This document shows positions 44,659 to 54,770 of a stretch of DNA of 64,000 bases, piece after piece. Position 1 is the stretch's first letter. Each line of letters starts with the position of its first letter. Both the position numbers and the translations under genes were made by a program. The stretch is from the NCBI GenBank assembly GCA_963776895.1, contig CAVZOL010000001.1, positions 25,321-89,320 on the forward strand. Direction: 5' to 3'. Source of the stretch: Ignavibacteriota bacterium (lineage in GTDB: Bacteria; Bacteroidota; Ignavibacteria; Palsa-1295). Below the pieces are notes generated by a model. The model did not search any database. It was not told the origin of the DNA and saw only the letters and a program-made list of their open reading frames with translations.

Positions 44659-46226
44659 TCCAGCACCAACTCGACGGTTACACCAAAGGCTTCTTCGAAC
44701 ATATCTTTCTTATGTTCGATAGCCCATATTTCGTGATCGCAGCGCCGCGAGCTGTGAAGCGCAAGTCGGATATTCCCACCCCGCAATACAGCCTTAAAAT
44801 TCTTAATTCGTGATTCGTGGCTGCGATCCATCGCATCGGCCAGACGAAGAATCCCTCCCAGCATCCACACTTTGCCCTGATCTTCCATACTCAGACTGCT
44901 GAAAAATTCATGATTCGGTTTTGGGAACGCGCGCCGGTGATAGCGCGCGATATTCGCAATGATCTGCCGTTCGAGATCGGTGAATCCTGTGAGTTCCGAA
45001 TTCAAAATGAGATACAACGAATGTTTGTGATGCGATTCCGGGGAGATCACATAACCAATATCATGCAGGATCGCGGCGGCGGCAAGCAGGGTACGGTCAT
45101 GCGGCTTCAGCCCGTGAAGGGAACGTATCTGGTCAAAGAGCATGGTCGAAAGCTTTGAGACCTGCTTGCCATGTGCGGCTTCATATCCAAACCGCTCTCC
45201 TAATGCTTCAGCGCCTGCCAGACGCGCATCGAGTTCCTTTGAGCGCGTTGCGCGCACGCCGCTCCATTCGGACAACCGGTCGAGCAAAACGCCTTCTCGA
45301 AGGCCCCAATCGCAGGTAGTAATGCGCGTGATCTTAAAGGCGCGCATGATCTGCTCAATGATCTGACCGCCGGCCACGATAATTTCCGCGCGCTGTTCTG
45401 AAATGCCGCGAATCTTCTTGCGCTCCGCCAATGAGAGCGAAGCAAGATGCTGATTGAATTCCGACAGCGCGCTGCGTGTCATGACCACGCTCGGGAGTTG
45501 GCCGGAAGATCTGCCATCGGATATCGACTCGTTATCGGGATACGCCAGGGACTGAAACGCGGCTCCTATGGACATGATCGTTCCAGATGTACCCGTAACC
45601 ATTTGCCACTTCATCGATTTCATCTCGCGCATGGGACGTTCGAGGGCGCCTTCGATCTCGCGCTGCATGGCAAGCAATTCTTTGGGCCTGGGAGGATCGG
45701 AAGTGAGGAACTGTTCCGACAGCCGAACCGCTCCGATTTTCATCGATTCGAGCATCAGCGCCTTTGTTCCGCGCATGAGCGAAAGTTCCGTAGAACCGCC
45801 ACCCACGTCGATATTCAAAAGGCTTTTTCCGCGTGAAGACGCTCCATTCATCCCGCAGCCACGGACTGCTGCGATCCCGATGAGTCGCGCTTCTTCCACG
45901 CCGGAAAGCACTTCGATGCGAATACCGGTGCGGCTTTCTACTTCACGAATAAAGGCCTGGGCGTTATCTGCTTCGCGTACCGAAGCTGTTGCCACGGCTA
46001 TGATCTGCTCCGCGCCAAGATTTTGCGAGAGCGTTTTGAACACACTGAGCGTGCGAATAGCCTGCACGATCGCCTCGCTGGAAAGATGCCCTTTCAGCAG
46101 TGTTTCATGCCCAAGCCGCACCATCGACTTTTCGCGACGGAGCGGAAGTAATGTCCCATTGGCAGCCGTCTCGGCAACGAGCAGCTTGATGGAATTCGAC
46201 CCAATATCTATCGCTGCGACTCTCAC
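44655..46226 (-). CDS. ppx: Exopolyphosphatase / guanosine pentaphosphate phosphohydrolase family protein with C-terminal HD domain
   Basis: AAIDIGSNSIKLLV, DVGGGSTEL (ASKHA fold), LHDIGY (HD). Confidence 0.85.
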   Translation of the reverse strand: MRVAAIDIGSNSIKLLVAETAANGTLLPLRREKSMVRLGHETLLKGHLSSEAIVQAIRTLSVFKTLSQNLGAEQIIAVATASVREADNAQAFIREVESRTGIRIEVLSGVEEARLIGIAAVRGCGMNGASSRGKSLLNIDVGGGSTELSLMRGTKALMLESMKIGAVRLSEQFLTSDPPRPKELLAMQREIEGALERPMREMKSMKWQMVTGTSGTIMSIGAAFQSLAYPDNESISDGRSSGQLPSVVMTRSALSEFNQHLASLSLAERKKIRGISEQRAEIIVAGGQIIEQIMRAFKITRITTCDWGLREGVLLDRLSEWSGVRATRSKELDARLAGAEALGERFGYEAAHGKQVSKLSTMLFDQIRSLHGLKPHDRTLLAAAAILHDIGYVISPESHHKHSLYLILNSELTGFTDLERQIIANIARYHRRAFPKPNHEFFSSLSMEDQGKVWMLGGILRLADAMDRSHESRIKNFKAVLRGGNIRLALHSSRRCDHEIWAIEHKKDMFEEAFGVTVELVLD

Positions 46227-46244
46227 GCGTAACGTTCGATCATG

Positions 46245-47057
46245 CTATGATATATCCGAGACCTTTTGTTTTTTTTGCTTTCGAGGAGCTTCTGTCACGG
46301 ATCCATTGCTCATGCCATTGCGCGGAGCAAGGGACATTGGCTCCGTTAAACCTTTGGAGTCCGAAGGCGCATGGATCACGGCCGTGATCGCACGTCGAAG
46401 ATCGGCCGATACGCGCGCAATAGTGCGCGATGCGCGAATGACTTTGAACCCATACTCGGCAGTCATGCGGTCGAACTCCTTCAACAATTTGGATTGATAC
46501 CCAACAAAGCTATCGTAAAAATCCTCGCCAAAACCGACATCCATTCCGGATTCCCAATAATCGAATCCTTTGCCGGTTTCGAGCAATCGGAGCACGAGAT
46601 CGGAGATGCTGTCAATGCGAAGATAAAAAATAGCGTTCGGCACGAGCGCGATCTGATAAATATCGCGTACCCATTCGGGATCCATGCCGCGTGCAACAGC
46701 GCGGGCAATGGCAGAATAAATATAGCGGTCCGTAAGCACGATAAATCCGGCTTTGAGCGCGGGAATGATCTCGTTATCCAAACGGTCGGCAAAATCGGTA
46801 GCATAAAAAAGCTGCATCGTCAGTTTGCCGAGCGTATGCCCCATCTTCGCCTCTTTAATTCCACGTCCGGCAAGTTCGGAGCGCGTCATGCCGGTATCGG
46901 CAACGGCATAGCCTTGCGCTTCGAGCCATGTCCGAAGCTCGGCAATATGCGTAGAACGGCCCACACCATCGGTTCCCTCAATAACGATGAGCTTGCCGGG
47001 ATAGGGTTTGAGATCGACATCCGGCAAGGTCGTCCCGTAAAATCGCATTGGTGTCAT
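46245..47057 (-). CDS. Thymidylate-kinase-like protein with degenerate P-loop (GTDGVGRST)
   Basis: 270 aa, similar to the neighbouring Tmk-like gene (DRYIYSAIA, ALKAG), but the Walker-A Lys is replaced by Arg. Lys/Gln-rich tail. Confidence 0.65.
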   Translation of the reverse strand: MTPMRFYGTTLPDVDLKPYPGKLIVIEGTDGVGRSTHIAELRTWLEAQGYAVADTGMTRSELAGRGIKEAKMGHTLGKLTMQLFYATDFADRLDNEIIPALKAGFIVLTDRYIYSAIARAVARGMDPEWVRDIYQIALVPNAIFYLRIDSISDLVLRLLETGKGFDYWESGMDVGFGEDFYDSFVGYQSKLLKEFDRMTAEYGFKVIRASRTIARVSADLRRAITAVIHAPSDSKGLTEPMSLAPRNGMSNGSVTEAPRKQKKQKVSDIS

Positions 47058-47069
47058 TTAAGATCTCTT

Positions 47070-47741
47070 TTAAAATTTTTTAAGCCCCTTCAATTGCGGT
47101 GCAATGATCTTTCGCATTTCCTGCTGTTGCTGCAAGATCGAGCGCGTGGCATCGATCACCGTCAGTCCAAATTCCTTGACCATTTTATCGTATTCATCGA
47201 GGATCTTTCCTTGAAAGATACGAAAGCTGTCTTCTTCGTTGTCCGCAAACCCGCGATCCATGCCAGCCTCGTAAAATTTCAACTCCGGGCGTCCAGAAAG
47301 AATGCGTTCCAACGCTACTTCGAGCGGCGCGCGGAAGAAGAACCTCACCGCCGGCTCGACTGCAAAACGATAAACCTGCCGCACCCATTTCGGATCGCAT
47401 CCACGCACGACATCGCGGGCGAACGCCGTGTAAATATACCGGTCTGCAAGCACGATAGCACCCGCTTTGAGCGGAGGGATAATATCGCGCTCCGTTCGAT
47501 CGGCGAAATCGGTGGCGTGAAGTAAGGAAAAGGTCGCGGGGGTGAACAGGGTCTTCTTCTTCGCCCGTTTCGTCGTTTGCATGACGAGCGGGGAGGAATT
47601 CCATTCGGAAAAAATGACGGGATATCCTTCGCTCTTCAGCCACTGATAGAGCAAGGCAAGCTGCGTGGATTTTCCGCTGCCATCGGTGCCTTCGACAACG
47701 AATAGGCGTCCGGGGAATTTATGATTACCGTAAGAGATCAT
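47070..47741 (-). CDS. Thymidylate-kinase-like P-loop kinase
   Basis: FVVEGTDGSGKSTQ (P-loop), DRYIYTAFA. 223 aa. Whether it is the housekeeping tmk cannot be decided here. Confidence 0.7.
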   Translation of the reverse strand: MISYGNHKFPGRLFVVEGTDGSGKSTQLALLYQWLKSEGYPVIFSEWNSSPLVMQTTKRAKKKTLFTPATFSLLHATDFADRTERDIIPPLKAGAIVLADRYIYTAFARDVVRGCDPKWVRQVYRFAVEPAVRFFFRAPLEVALERILSGRPELKFYEAGMDRGFADNEEDSFRIFQGKILDEYDKMVKEFGLTVIDATRSILQQQQEMRKIIAPQLKGLKKF

Positions 47742-47825
47742 GAATTAAAAAAAGTCCTCATTTAACAATTGAATGACCTGTAACATCAATTAGTGGAAGA
47801 TGAATGTTAAATAATCATTATCAGA

Positions 47826-48758
47826 TTAGGCGATAGTCCTGCTGGCTTTGCTGGATTGCCCGGTCATCCATTTCTTATTACCGAGTTCGCGGGCGGCTCG
47901 CCACAACTTTGGAAATTTTCGGCGCGCTTTATCTTCCAGACGGTCTTGAGAACGGATCAAATCACGAAGCCCATCGAGGTGCTCTGTCTCAGAATCTAAC
48001 ATCTGTGTGAGCGTCTTCGATGCCACTTCTGCATCCTGTAGCTCGCCGAGATCGTTCTGCAGCTTTTTCATGCTGTCAATAAAACGGAGTGCGCGCTCTC
48101 TCTCCCTGTGAGGAAAGTTGGTACTCAGTAACTCTGTAGCGTACCGAATTCGTTTTCCCATTTTGCGAACACGATGAAATTCAGGGGCGGGATCCGAGAA
48201 CTTTAATTTATCTGCCGCACGGGAAAGTGTTTTCCATGCACGATTCAGCCGCGGAAGCAATACTTCAATCGCGGGAGCACCTGCTTCGAGCGTAACCTGC
48301 GGAGCAAGCACACCGGATTGTAGGCGCTCCAATAGTGCTTGGTAGCGTTCCGTGTTCAGTCCTTCCAGCATGGCCGACTTTGCATCGTGATGACGCACGG
48401 CAAGCACTCTTTCAACTCGCTTACACGCGGCTTGTACTTCCACATCTTCCTGCCTCACCGATTCACGAAGCGCTGCCCGAAGCACATCGAGATCGCGCAC
48501 GCTGCCGAGCAAATGGGCAAGCCATCGCAACTCGGATTCGAGTTCAGATGCCCATTGTGGGTCCATCACGTCGGAGAATATGCGCAGAATCGCTCGAAGT
48601 CTGCGAGTTCCGACCCGCATCTGATGGATCGGCTCCGCTTGAAATCTCATGGCGCGCGCACGATATTGCTTCATGGCCGCCAGCGATTCCGCGCACCCGC
48701 TCTGCACAAGGGTGGCGGCTGATCGTGGATTCATTTTCTCCTTACTTTTTGGGGGCAT
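47826..48758 (-). CDS. CHAD domain protein
   Basis: The IHQMRVGTRRLRAILRIF signature and an all-helical Arg/Leu/Glu-rich sequence are typical of CHAD. Confidence 0.75.
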   Translation of the reverse strand: MPPKSKEKMNPRSAATLVQSGCAESLAAMKQYRARAMRFQAEPIHQMRVGTRRLRAILRIFSDVMDPQWASELESELRWLAHLLGSVRDLDVLRAALRESVRQEDVEVQAACKRVERVLAVRHHDAKSAMLEGLNTERYQALLERLQSGVLAPQVTLEAGAPAIEVLLPRLNRAWKTLSRAADKLKFSDPAPEFHRVRKMGKRIRYATELLSTNFPHRERERALRFIDSMKKLQNDLGELQDAEVASKTLTQMLDSETEHLDGLRDLIRSQDRLEDKARRKFPKLWRAARELGNKKWMTGQSSKASRTIA

Positions 48759-48818
48759 TAATGAATAAACAAGAGGTACGCCTTGTGATACTCCGGCAAT
48801 TTTGCGAAGATGAAAGAT

Positions 48819-49478
48819 TTAATATTGGCTTTTTGGGGGCTCGTGAGTAACTTTAAATTCCGTAAGATAGAGCGGCTCCAATGAATTCAGCGCAACCCCG
48901 CTGATTACGTTTAAAGAAGACTCGGCTAAACGCGCCATCGACGCTAGCGAAAGAGAGGCGAATGAGGACGACAGCGGAATAAAAGACGAAGCACGACTCA
49001 GAAACGAATCGTGTGCCAGAATTGGGCGAGGTAAACCATTCAGAAACTCGGCGCTTGTCTCTAAACGAATCTCTTTCGGAGCATTCGCTTCCGAAACGTA
49101 GCATAATTCTTCTCGGTAAGCAGTCGAAACAATAAGCCCATCGAAATTTCCTGCTTCTGCGCCCAGAACCTCATGAGCCGTCAACGGGACAATGACTGCG
49201 CTGACAGCAAACGCCAATCCCTTCGCGAACGATAACCCAATTCTGAGTCCCGTAAAACTTCCAGGACCGATGATGATCCCAATGCGGGTAATTTCGTTTG
49301 GCGATACATTGCCATCTCGAAGCAGTTTTGACGTTTCAAACGCCAGTCTCGCATCGTGAATGGCGCGTTCGCCAGCTTCCGCAGATGGCTCGGCATGAAA
49401 TTCGCGAAGCAACGCGCCATCCTGCGACGCAAGACCGATGGAAAGCTGTGAACTGGATGTATCTATGACTAAGATCAC
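48819..49478 (-). CDS. tsaB: tRNA t6A37 biosynthesis protein TsaB
   Basis: MILVIDTSSSQLSIGLA..., GPGSFTGLRIG. Confidence 0.82.
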   Translation of the reverse strand: MILVIDTSSSQLSIGLASQDGALLREFHAEPSAEAGERAIHDARLAFETSKLLRDGNVSPNEITRIGIIIGPGSFTGLRIGLSFAKGLAFAVSAVIVPLTAHEVLGAEAGNFDGLIVSTAYREELCYVSEANAPKEIRLETSAEFLNGLPRPILAHDSFLSRASSFIPLSSSFASLSLASMARLAESSLNVISGVALNSLEPLYLTEFKVTHEPPKSQY

Positions 49479-49494
49479 GAAAAATTCTTACTTC

Positions 49495-49950
49495 TTACCT
49501 CTTACCTCTTACTTGAATAGACCGTTCTGTTTCTGAAAAAACGCTTATCTTCACATGAATTGCACCTTCCGGAATCAACCCCGCGATCCGTTCCGGCCAT
49601 TCGATGATCGTTGCGGCGTGGTGAGGGTAGAGATAATCTTCCACTCCCAATTCAAGCAGTTCTTCCGGTTTTTCGAAACGGTAGCAATCCAAATGATACA
49701 AAAAATCCAATACTCCTCGGCTCCCCGTTGCGAGGGAGTATTCATTCGCAAGCGCATACGTCGGCGAAGTCAGTTCCCGCTCATCTATGCCAAGCGAGCC
49801 AGCGATGCCTTTGATGAAGTGTGTTTTACCTGCGCCAAGCTCGCCATGCACGCACACGACCACTCCATCGCGTATGAATTTCGCGCCGAATTCCTCGCCG
49901 AAGCGCACGGTGTCTGCTTCGGAGTGGCTCATCCATTGCATCTCCTTCAT
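49495..49950 (-). CDS. tsaE: tRNA t6A37 biosynthesis ATPase TsaE
   Basis: HGELGAGKTHFIKGI, SPTYAL. The start is set at MKEMQW, immediately after the alr stop; the track ORF extends to 50031. Confidence 0.85.
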   Translation of the reverse strand: MKEMQWMSHSEADTVRFGEEFGAKFIRDGVVVCVHGELGAGKTHFIKGIAGSLGIDERELTSPTYALANEYSLATGSRGVLDFLYHLDCYRFEKPEELLELGVEDYLYPHHAATIIEWPERIAGLIPEGAIHVKISVFSETERSIQVRGKR

Positions 49951-51062
49951 ACCGCAACCCTCGGCACCCGTGCCGCGATGCCAGTGAGAATCTCGTATGG
50001 AATCGTTCCAATTGTGTTTGCAAGCGACCACGCATTCAGCGCAGGGTTCGACGCAGAAATAAATTCCACACGATCTCCAATTGCAATATCATCACCACCG
50101 ACATCTATCATCACTTGATCCATACAGATGGCGCCGACGACGGGATAAAGCTTTCCTTTAATCATTGCAGAGGCTCTCCCTGTAAGCAGGCGCGGATACC
50201 CATCGCCATAGCCGATGGGAACCGTTGCGATGCGGGTCGGGCGCGCGGCTCGCCAGCGGAGATTGTAGCTTACGCCTTCACCTTCGTTGATTTCCTTGAC
50301 GAGCACGACCGTACTCACAAGCGTCAGGCACGCCTCAAGTTTATCTGCATATAAATCCTGCAATTCCAAACTCGGCGCATAGCCATAGAGCATAATTCCC
50401 GGACGCACCATATCGAATGCCGATTCTTTCGGCAATTGCAGGATCGCACCGCTGTTCGCAGCATGGACGAGCGGAATAGAAATCCCAGCATCGCGGGCTT
50501 CGCGCACTACGGATTCAAACTCTGCTATTTGTTTGCGAAAAAAAGTTTGGTCAAGCTCATCGCTGGTAGCGAAGTGAGTGGAAAGTCCGACAAGCTCGAC
50601 GTGCGCGGAATGCCGCACGATCTCTTGCAGAAACGCGATCACCTCCGCAGGTTCGACGCCCATGCGACGCATTCCGGTATCGACTTTCAGATGCACGCGC
50701 GCGCGAATGCCGGTAGCCGAAGCTCGCGCAGCGATCGCCTCGAGCGTCTGCCAATCTGAGAGCGTAAAATCTAACTGGTGATCCAGGAAGGCATCGATAT
50801 CATGAGTGGTTGCGCCGGTGAGAACAAGGATGGGCAGCATAGTGAGGCGGCGCAGACGCATCCCCTCTTCTTCGGTCGCCACGCCGAAGAAATCGATCTC
50901 TTCGCTTCCAATGGCAGCTTTCGCGATAATATCGAGGCCATGCCCATACGCATTCGCCTTCACGATCGGCATAATACGCGCACGCTCGCCGATCTGCTTG
51001 CGAACAGCCCGCAAATTAGCGAGAAAAGAATCCGTCTGTATTTCGGCGCGCGTGGGTCTCAT
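49947..51062 (-). CDS. alr: Alanine racemase
   Basis: PIVKANAYGHG (PLP lysine), ...VSYN..., GYGDGYPR. Confidence 0.92.
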   Translation of the reverse strand: MRPTRAEIQTDSFLANLRAVRKQIGERARIMPIVKANAYGHGLDIIAKAAIGSEEIDFFGVATEEEGMRLRRLTMLPILVLTGATTHDIDAFLDHQLDFTLSDWQTLEAIAARASATGIRARVHLKVDTGMRRMGVEPAEVIAFLQEIVRHSAHVELVGLSTHFATSDELDQTFFRKQIAEFESVVREARDAGISIPLVHAANSGAILQLPKESAFDMVRPGIMLYGYAPSLELQDLYADKLEACLTLVSTVVLVKEINEGEGVSYNLRWRAARPTRIATVPIGYGDGYPRLLTGRASAMIKGKLYPVVGAICMDQVMIDVGGDDIAIGDRVEFISASNPALNAWSLANTIGTIPYEILTGIAARVPRVAV

Positions 51063-51223
51063 TGGGCGACGATAACAATGGAAGAGGGAATCTCATTGCG
51101 AAGCACCCAAAAAATCATGATCCTGACAATGAGTTAATGTTCGAAATCGAAACATTCATAATTATTGTTCGAAGAATAAGAAGTAAGATAGAAACATTCA
51201 CACAAGTTACATCTTAATACCTT

Positions 51224-51940
51224 ATGAAAAAACATCTCAACCGATCATTCAAGTTCAAACAAGTTCCCGTTATGCTCGCACTTGCTGCGGCATTCGCGTG
51301 CTTCACGATTCCAAGCCATGCGCAACTACACGTTGGCGTGAACCTCGGCGTTGACGTTCCCACTTACGTGCCGCCGCCGTGGGCGCCACCGTACGATAAT
51401 GTCAGCACGGTGCGGTACTATTACCTTCCCGATTACGACGTCTATTACGATGTGTGGGACGGCTTGTTCTGGTATCTCGGCCCGGACGGGGTTTGGATTT
51501 CCACTCCGCAGCCGCCGCCACAATGCGCCGGAGTCGATCTGAGCGGAGCGTTCATTGTGCTCATCGACCGTAATATTTCTCGTCCGTGGCTGAACGAGGC
51601 GTATTACCGCGCTAATTATCCGGCGCATGGGTACGATAATTACAGGGACATCGTGGTCCGCAACCGAATTATTACGAACACCGAGCCGGGCCATGAATTA
51701 GTTCCGCGCGCGTTCAACGAGAATACGAATCGCGTGACGTTCATGCAGCGTCCGACTGCGGCTCCGGGTGCAGCGCATGCTCCGGCGAACAACTATCACC
51801 GCGTTGCTCACATGGTACCGATGAAATCGATTTCACCTTCGATGCCGGCAGCAAGCAGGAAGCTAAATTATGGCGGGGGGTATCATCCTGCACCGGCACG
51901 AGGCGGCGGAGCACCTAAAGGTGGCGGCGGCAGGAGATAA
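51224..51940 (+). CDS. Secreted Pro/Tyr/Trp-rich hypothetical protein with Gly-rich tail
   Basis: Signal peptide ...LALAAAFACFTIPSHAQ. No recognised domain. Confidence 0.45.
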   Translation: MKKHLNRSFKFKQVPVMLALAAAFACFTIPSHAQLHVGVNLGVDVPTYVPPPWAPPYDNVSTVRYYYLPDYDVYYDVWDGLFWYLGPDGVWISTPQPPPQCAGVDLSGAFIVLIDRNISRPWLNEAYYRANYPAHGYDNYRDIVVRNRIITNTEPGHELVPRAFNENTNRVTFMQRPTAAPGAAHAPANNYHRVAHMVPMKSISPSMPAASRKLNYGGGYHPAPARGGGAPKGGGGRR

Positions 51941-51945
51941 TCTTG

Positions 51946-52128
51946 TTATTTACGTCTGCGGGCAAACAGGAACGTTCCGGCACCGACAACGATCATGATG
52001 ATGCCGATGACGGCCCATTTGGAGTCATCGGTCATTACGCTGCCGTGGATCAAGCCGATGCCTTGTCCGAACCAGACGATACCGATGAGCGCGATGAGCA
52101 CAGCGAGGATCTGCAATATTCTTTTCAT
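51946..52128 (-). CDS. Small two-TM membrane protein (60 aa)
   Basis: MKRILQILAVLIALIGIVWF...VIGIIMIVVGAGTFLFARRRK. Confidence 0.4.
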   Translation of the reverse strand: MKRILQILAVLIALIGIVWFGQGIGLIHGSVMTDDSKWAVIGIIMIVVGAGTFLFARRRK

Positions 52129-52141
52129 TAGGGATTAGACA

Positions 52142-53051
52142 TTATGGAATTCTGGAAAGTTCATCGCGCGCCCGGCGGGCATCGTCTGGTGGGCGGCGAC
52201 CAGTGCGGAACATGCTGTCGGCAATGTGTATGGAGGCACGGAAAGCATCGCGGGCATCGAAGGGTTTTTCTTCTTTAAGGAAAAGCTCCCCGATGTTATA
52301 GTAGGCTACGACGAGATTGGAATCGCCGTGCATCTGGCGTGAAAGCACTTCGAGCGTTTGGGCATATTGCCCTTGCCTGAACAAGGCATAGGACAGGTTC
52401 CCGATCACGGTATCGTTTCCGGGAGCTTTCTTGAGATACGCCTCGGTAATATTTCGACGCCGAATGGAACTCGCCGAGATTGAACAGAATATCGCCAAGA
52501 CGACGAAGTTTCGGAGCGCTATCGTCGGGAATAGAGACGGTATCGCGAAAAGTGGCGATGGTATCGCCAAAGACATCGCGATTCGAATTACGGTATCGCT
52601 CGACGATGTCCTTAATGGGGTCGCCAGAAAAGGAGCGCGGCGCAGAGACGATCTCGTAGGAGATAATTCCCACTGCTGCCAGGATCACCGCAGCGGCTAT
52701 GCCGAACGCGAATTGTTTCCAGCGTTTATCCCACTTGCTGCGGGGACGGGGTGGCACCGGGGGCGCTTTGTAGGTAGTCGTTCCTTGAAATCTTGAATTT
52801 CGGCGGAGTTCCTCAATGTGCTCGGCGGAAAAAGTTTCCCGCATTCGAAGCGCAACGCGGTGCTCTTCACGGCGAACAGGATCGAAGAGGACGGATTTGG
52901 CCTCGTTGATCTCCTGCATGTGGCGCTCGGCTTCGGGATCGCCGGGATGCGAATCGGGGTGGTACTTTTTAGCCAGCGCACGATACGCGGCCTTGACTTC
53001 CCGATCGGAAGCATTCCGCTTTATGCCAAATACCTGAAAATAATCTACCAC
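52142..53051 (-). pseudogene. J-domain (DnaJ-like) membrane protein with C-terminal TPR region, frame shifted near 52445-52455
   Basis: J-domain: DYFQVFGIKRNASDREVKAAYRALAKKYHPD. A TM segment follows. The TPR-like continuation EAYLKKAPGNDTVIGNLSYALFRQGQYAQTLEVL is in the frame of track ORF 52142..52576. Confidence 0.75.
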
Positions 53052-53085
53052 GCTCTATGCTTACAAAGCGGAGAGTGAGATTGTT

Positions 53086-53307
53086 TCAGAACAACCAAGA
53101 TATTGGGAACAAATTATGTTTTTCGAGGAGACGGAGAGACGGAATATGGAGATCCTTACAAATCTTACGGACTAATAACTCGTTAATTTCCGTATGGCGT
53201 GGAACTGAAGAAGAAGCACGAGCTTCTCGTTGACATACACCGAATGATTGCCGAAGGAACTGGCAACCATTCGAGTCGAGGTGTCGAAGAAGCTCTTTTA
53301 TCTTCAA
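53086..53307 (-). CDS. hicA: HicA-like toxin
   Basis: MKIKELLRHLDSNGCQFLRQ...VPRHTEINELLVRKICKDLHIP. Four-nt overlap with the upstream hicB-like gene. The C-terminal tail is longer than usual. Confidence 0.6.
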   Translation of the reverse strand: MKIKELLRHLDSNGCQFLRQSFGVCQREARASSSVPRHTEINELLVRKICKDLHIPSLRLLEKHNLFPISWLF

Positions 53308-53528
53308 ACAAATGAGGCCGCAATAGGCTCGCGAATGACTTCGAATCCAAGGATGGATTCTTCAGCAAGTTCTTTATTGGCCTGAAGCACCAGCCAAATG
53401 GCTTCCCGTAAGTTTCGACGGGCTTCATCGAGGGTTGCACCCTGAGTATTAGCTCCGGGAAGTTCCTCCACGAAGCCGATGTAGCCCTCGGGGACTTTCT
53501 GAAAAATAGCGGTCAAATTTGGTGGCAT
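53304..53528 (-). CDS. hicB: HicB-family antitoxin (UPF0150-like)
   Basis: YIGFVEELPGANTQGATLDEARRNLREAIWLVL is typical of the HicB N-terminal domain. Confidence 0.7.
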   Translation of the reverse strand: MPPNLTAIFQKVPEGYIGFVEELPGANTQGATLDEARRNLREAIWLVLQANKELAEESILGFEVIREPIAASFV

Positions 53529-53570
53529 ATTGAAATTAACGGCTCGACTAAGTGCATTGGTTCCTCAACA

Positions 53571-53618
53571 ACCATCCCCCAGCCCCCTCCTATTCGCAAG
53601 CTCATAGGAGGGGGAGTT
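53571..53618. repeat. Palindromic repeat family copy 4 (intergenic, abutting the prfB stop codon)
   Basis: ACCATCCCCCAG-CCCCCTCCTAT-TCGCAAGCTC-ATAGGAGGGGG-AGTT. The last T is the first base (plus-strand sense) of the prfB TAA complement. Confidence 0.85.
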
Positions 53619-54770
53619 TATAGTTCCTCTTCCGCTGCATCGCTGACTTTCAGCTTGCCGCCTTCGTATAGCAAATAGGCCTTCATGAAATCGGTGATGT
53701 CGCCATCCATGACGGCCTGCACATCGGTTTTTCCGACTTTGGTACGGTGATCTTTGACCATCGTGTAGGGCTGGAAAACATAGGAGCGAATCTGCGAACC
53801 CCATGTGATCTTTTTCTTCGAGCCTTCGATGGCCGTGAGGCGTGCTTCTTCGATTTCCCGATCGATGGCAACAATGCGGGATTTCAGCATTTTCATAGCC
53901 CGCTCGCCATTTTGGAATTGCGAGCGTTCTTCCTGACATGCAGCGATTACGGTGTGCTGTCCACCGATGGCATCGGTGTATTTATAGGTGAGGCGAACTG
54001 CCGTTTCTACTTTGTTGACGTTCTGCCCGCCTTTTCCGCCGGAACGATATGTATCGCGCTGCAACAGAGCGGGATTGAGAACAATATCGGCATTTTCCTC
54101 TTCGATCACGGGGTAGGCATAGACGCTTGCAAAGCTGGTATGCCGACGCGCATTGGCATCATACGGAGAAATACGTACAAGACGATGCACGCCGTTTTCG
54201 GTTTTCAGATAGCCGAAAGCGTTTTCGCCATTGAATTCGAGCGTTGCGGATTTTATTCCGGCACTTTCGCCGGCAAGCTCATCGAGCATCCGGACTTTGT
54301 AGCCATTGCGTTCGCCCCAGCGAGTGTACATGCGTTCGAGCATTTCGGCCCAGTCGCAGGCTTCGGTGCCACCCTGCCCGGCATTGATGGTCAGGATAGC
54401 ATCTTTATGATCGTCCGGCTTGCTTAGCATGACGGCCACTTCCTGCGCGGTTAGCTCATCCGTGAGGCGCGTGAATTCCTCCGCAACTTGCGCTGTAAGC
54501 GATTCATCCTCGCGGGCAATTTCGAAGAGTTCTTCGGCGTCGTCTAAACGAGAGCGGAGTTTTTGGAAGTCATCTCGCTCTTTTTTCAGGCGGGAAAGCT
54601 CCTGCATTCTCTGCTGAGCTTTTTTCGGGTCGTTCCAAAATTCGGGCTGACCGGATTCGTCTTCGAGGGTATTTATTCGGCGTTCTTTTAGAGCGAGGTC
54701 AAAGAGAGTCGCCAAGCTCTGCGAGGCGTGCCCGCAGATCGGCGATTTGGGTGGTGGTAATTTCGCTCAT
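53618..54770 (-). CDS. prfB: Peptide chain release factor 2 (requires programmed +1 frameshift)
   Basis: Frame 0 is MSEITTTQIADLRARLAELGDSL-TGA (54770..54699). The +1 frame continues DLALKERRINTLE... through SGGKGGQNVNKVETAVR (GGQ motif) to 53618. Confidence 0.93.
54698..54704 (-). promoter_or_regulatory. RF2 autoregulatory +1 frameshift site CTT TGA C
   Basis: The canonical heptamer is read directly on the minus strand. The in-frame TGA occupies 54701..54699. Confidence 0.9.

Noticed and set aside
46371-47525. 384-aa plus-strand ORF antisense to both Tmk-like genes (and 45568..46497 antisense to ppx)
   Set aside because: The opposite strand encodes recognisable P-loop and ASKHA/HD proteins. 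The antisense products are low-complexity (Arg/Ile/Phe-rich) and span an intergenic gap, so I treat them as shadow ORFs.
53565-53939. 124-aa minus-strand ORF overlapping the prfB 3' end
   Set aside because: It is out of frame with a strongly supported RF2 coding sequence. Its C-terminus is the translated palindromic repeat.
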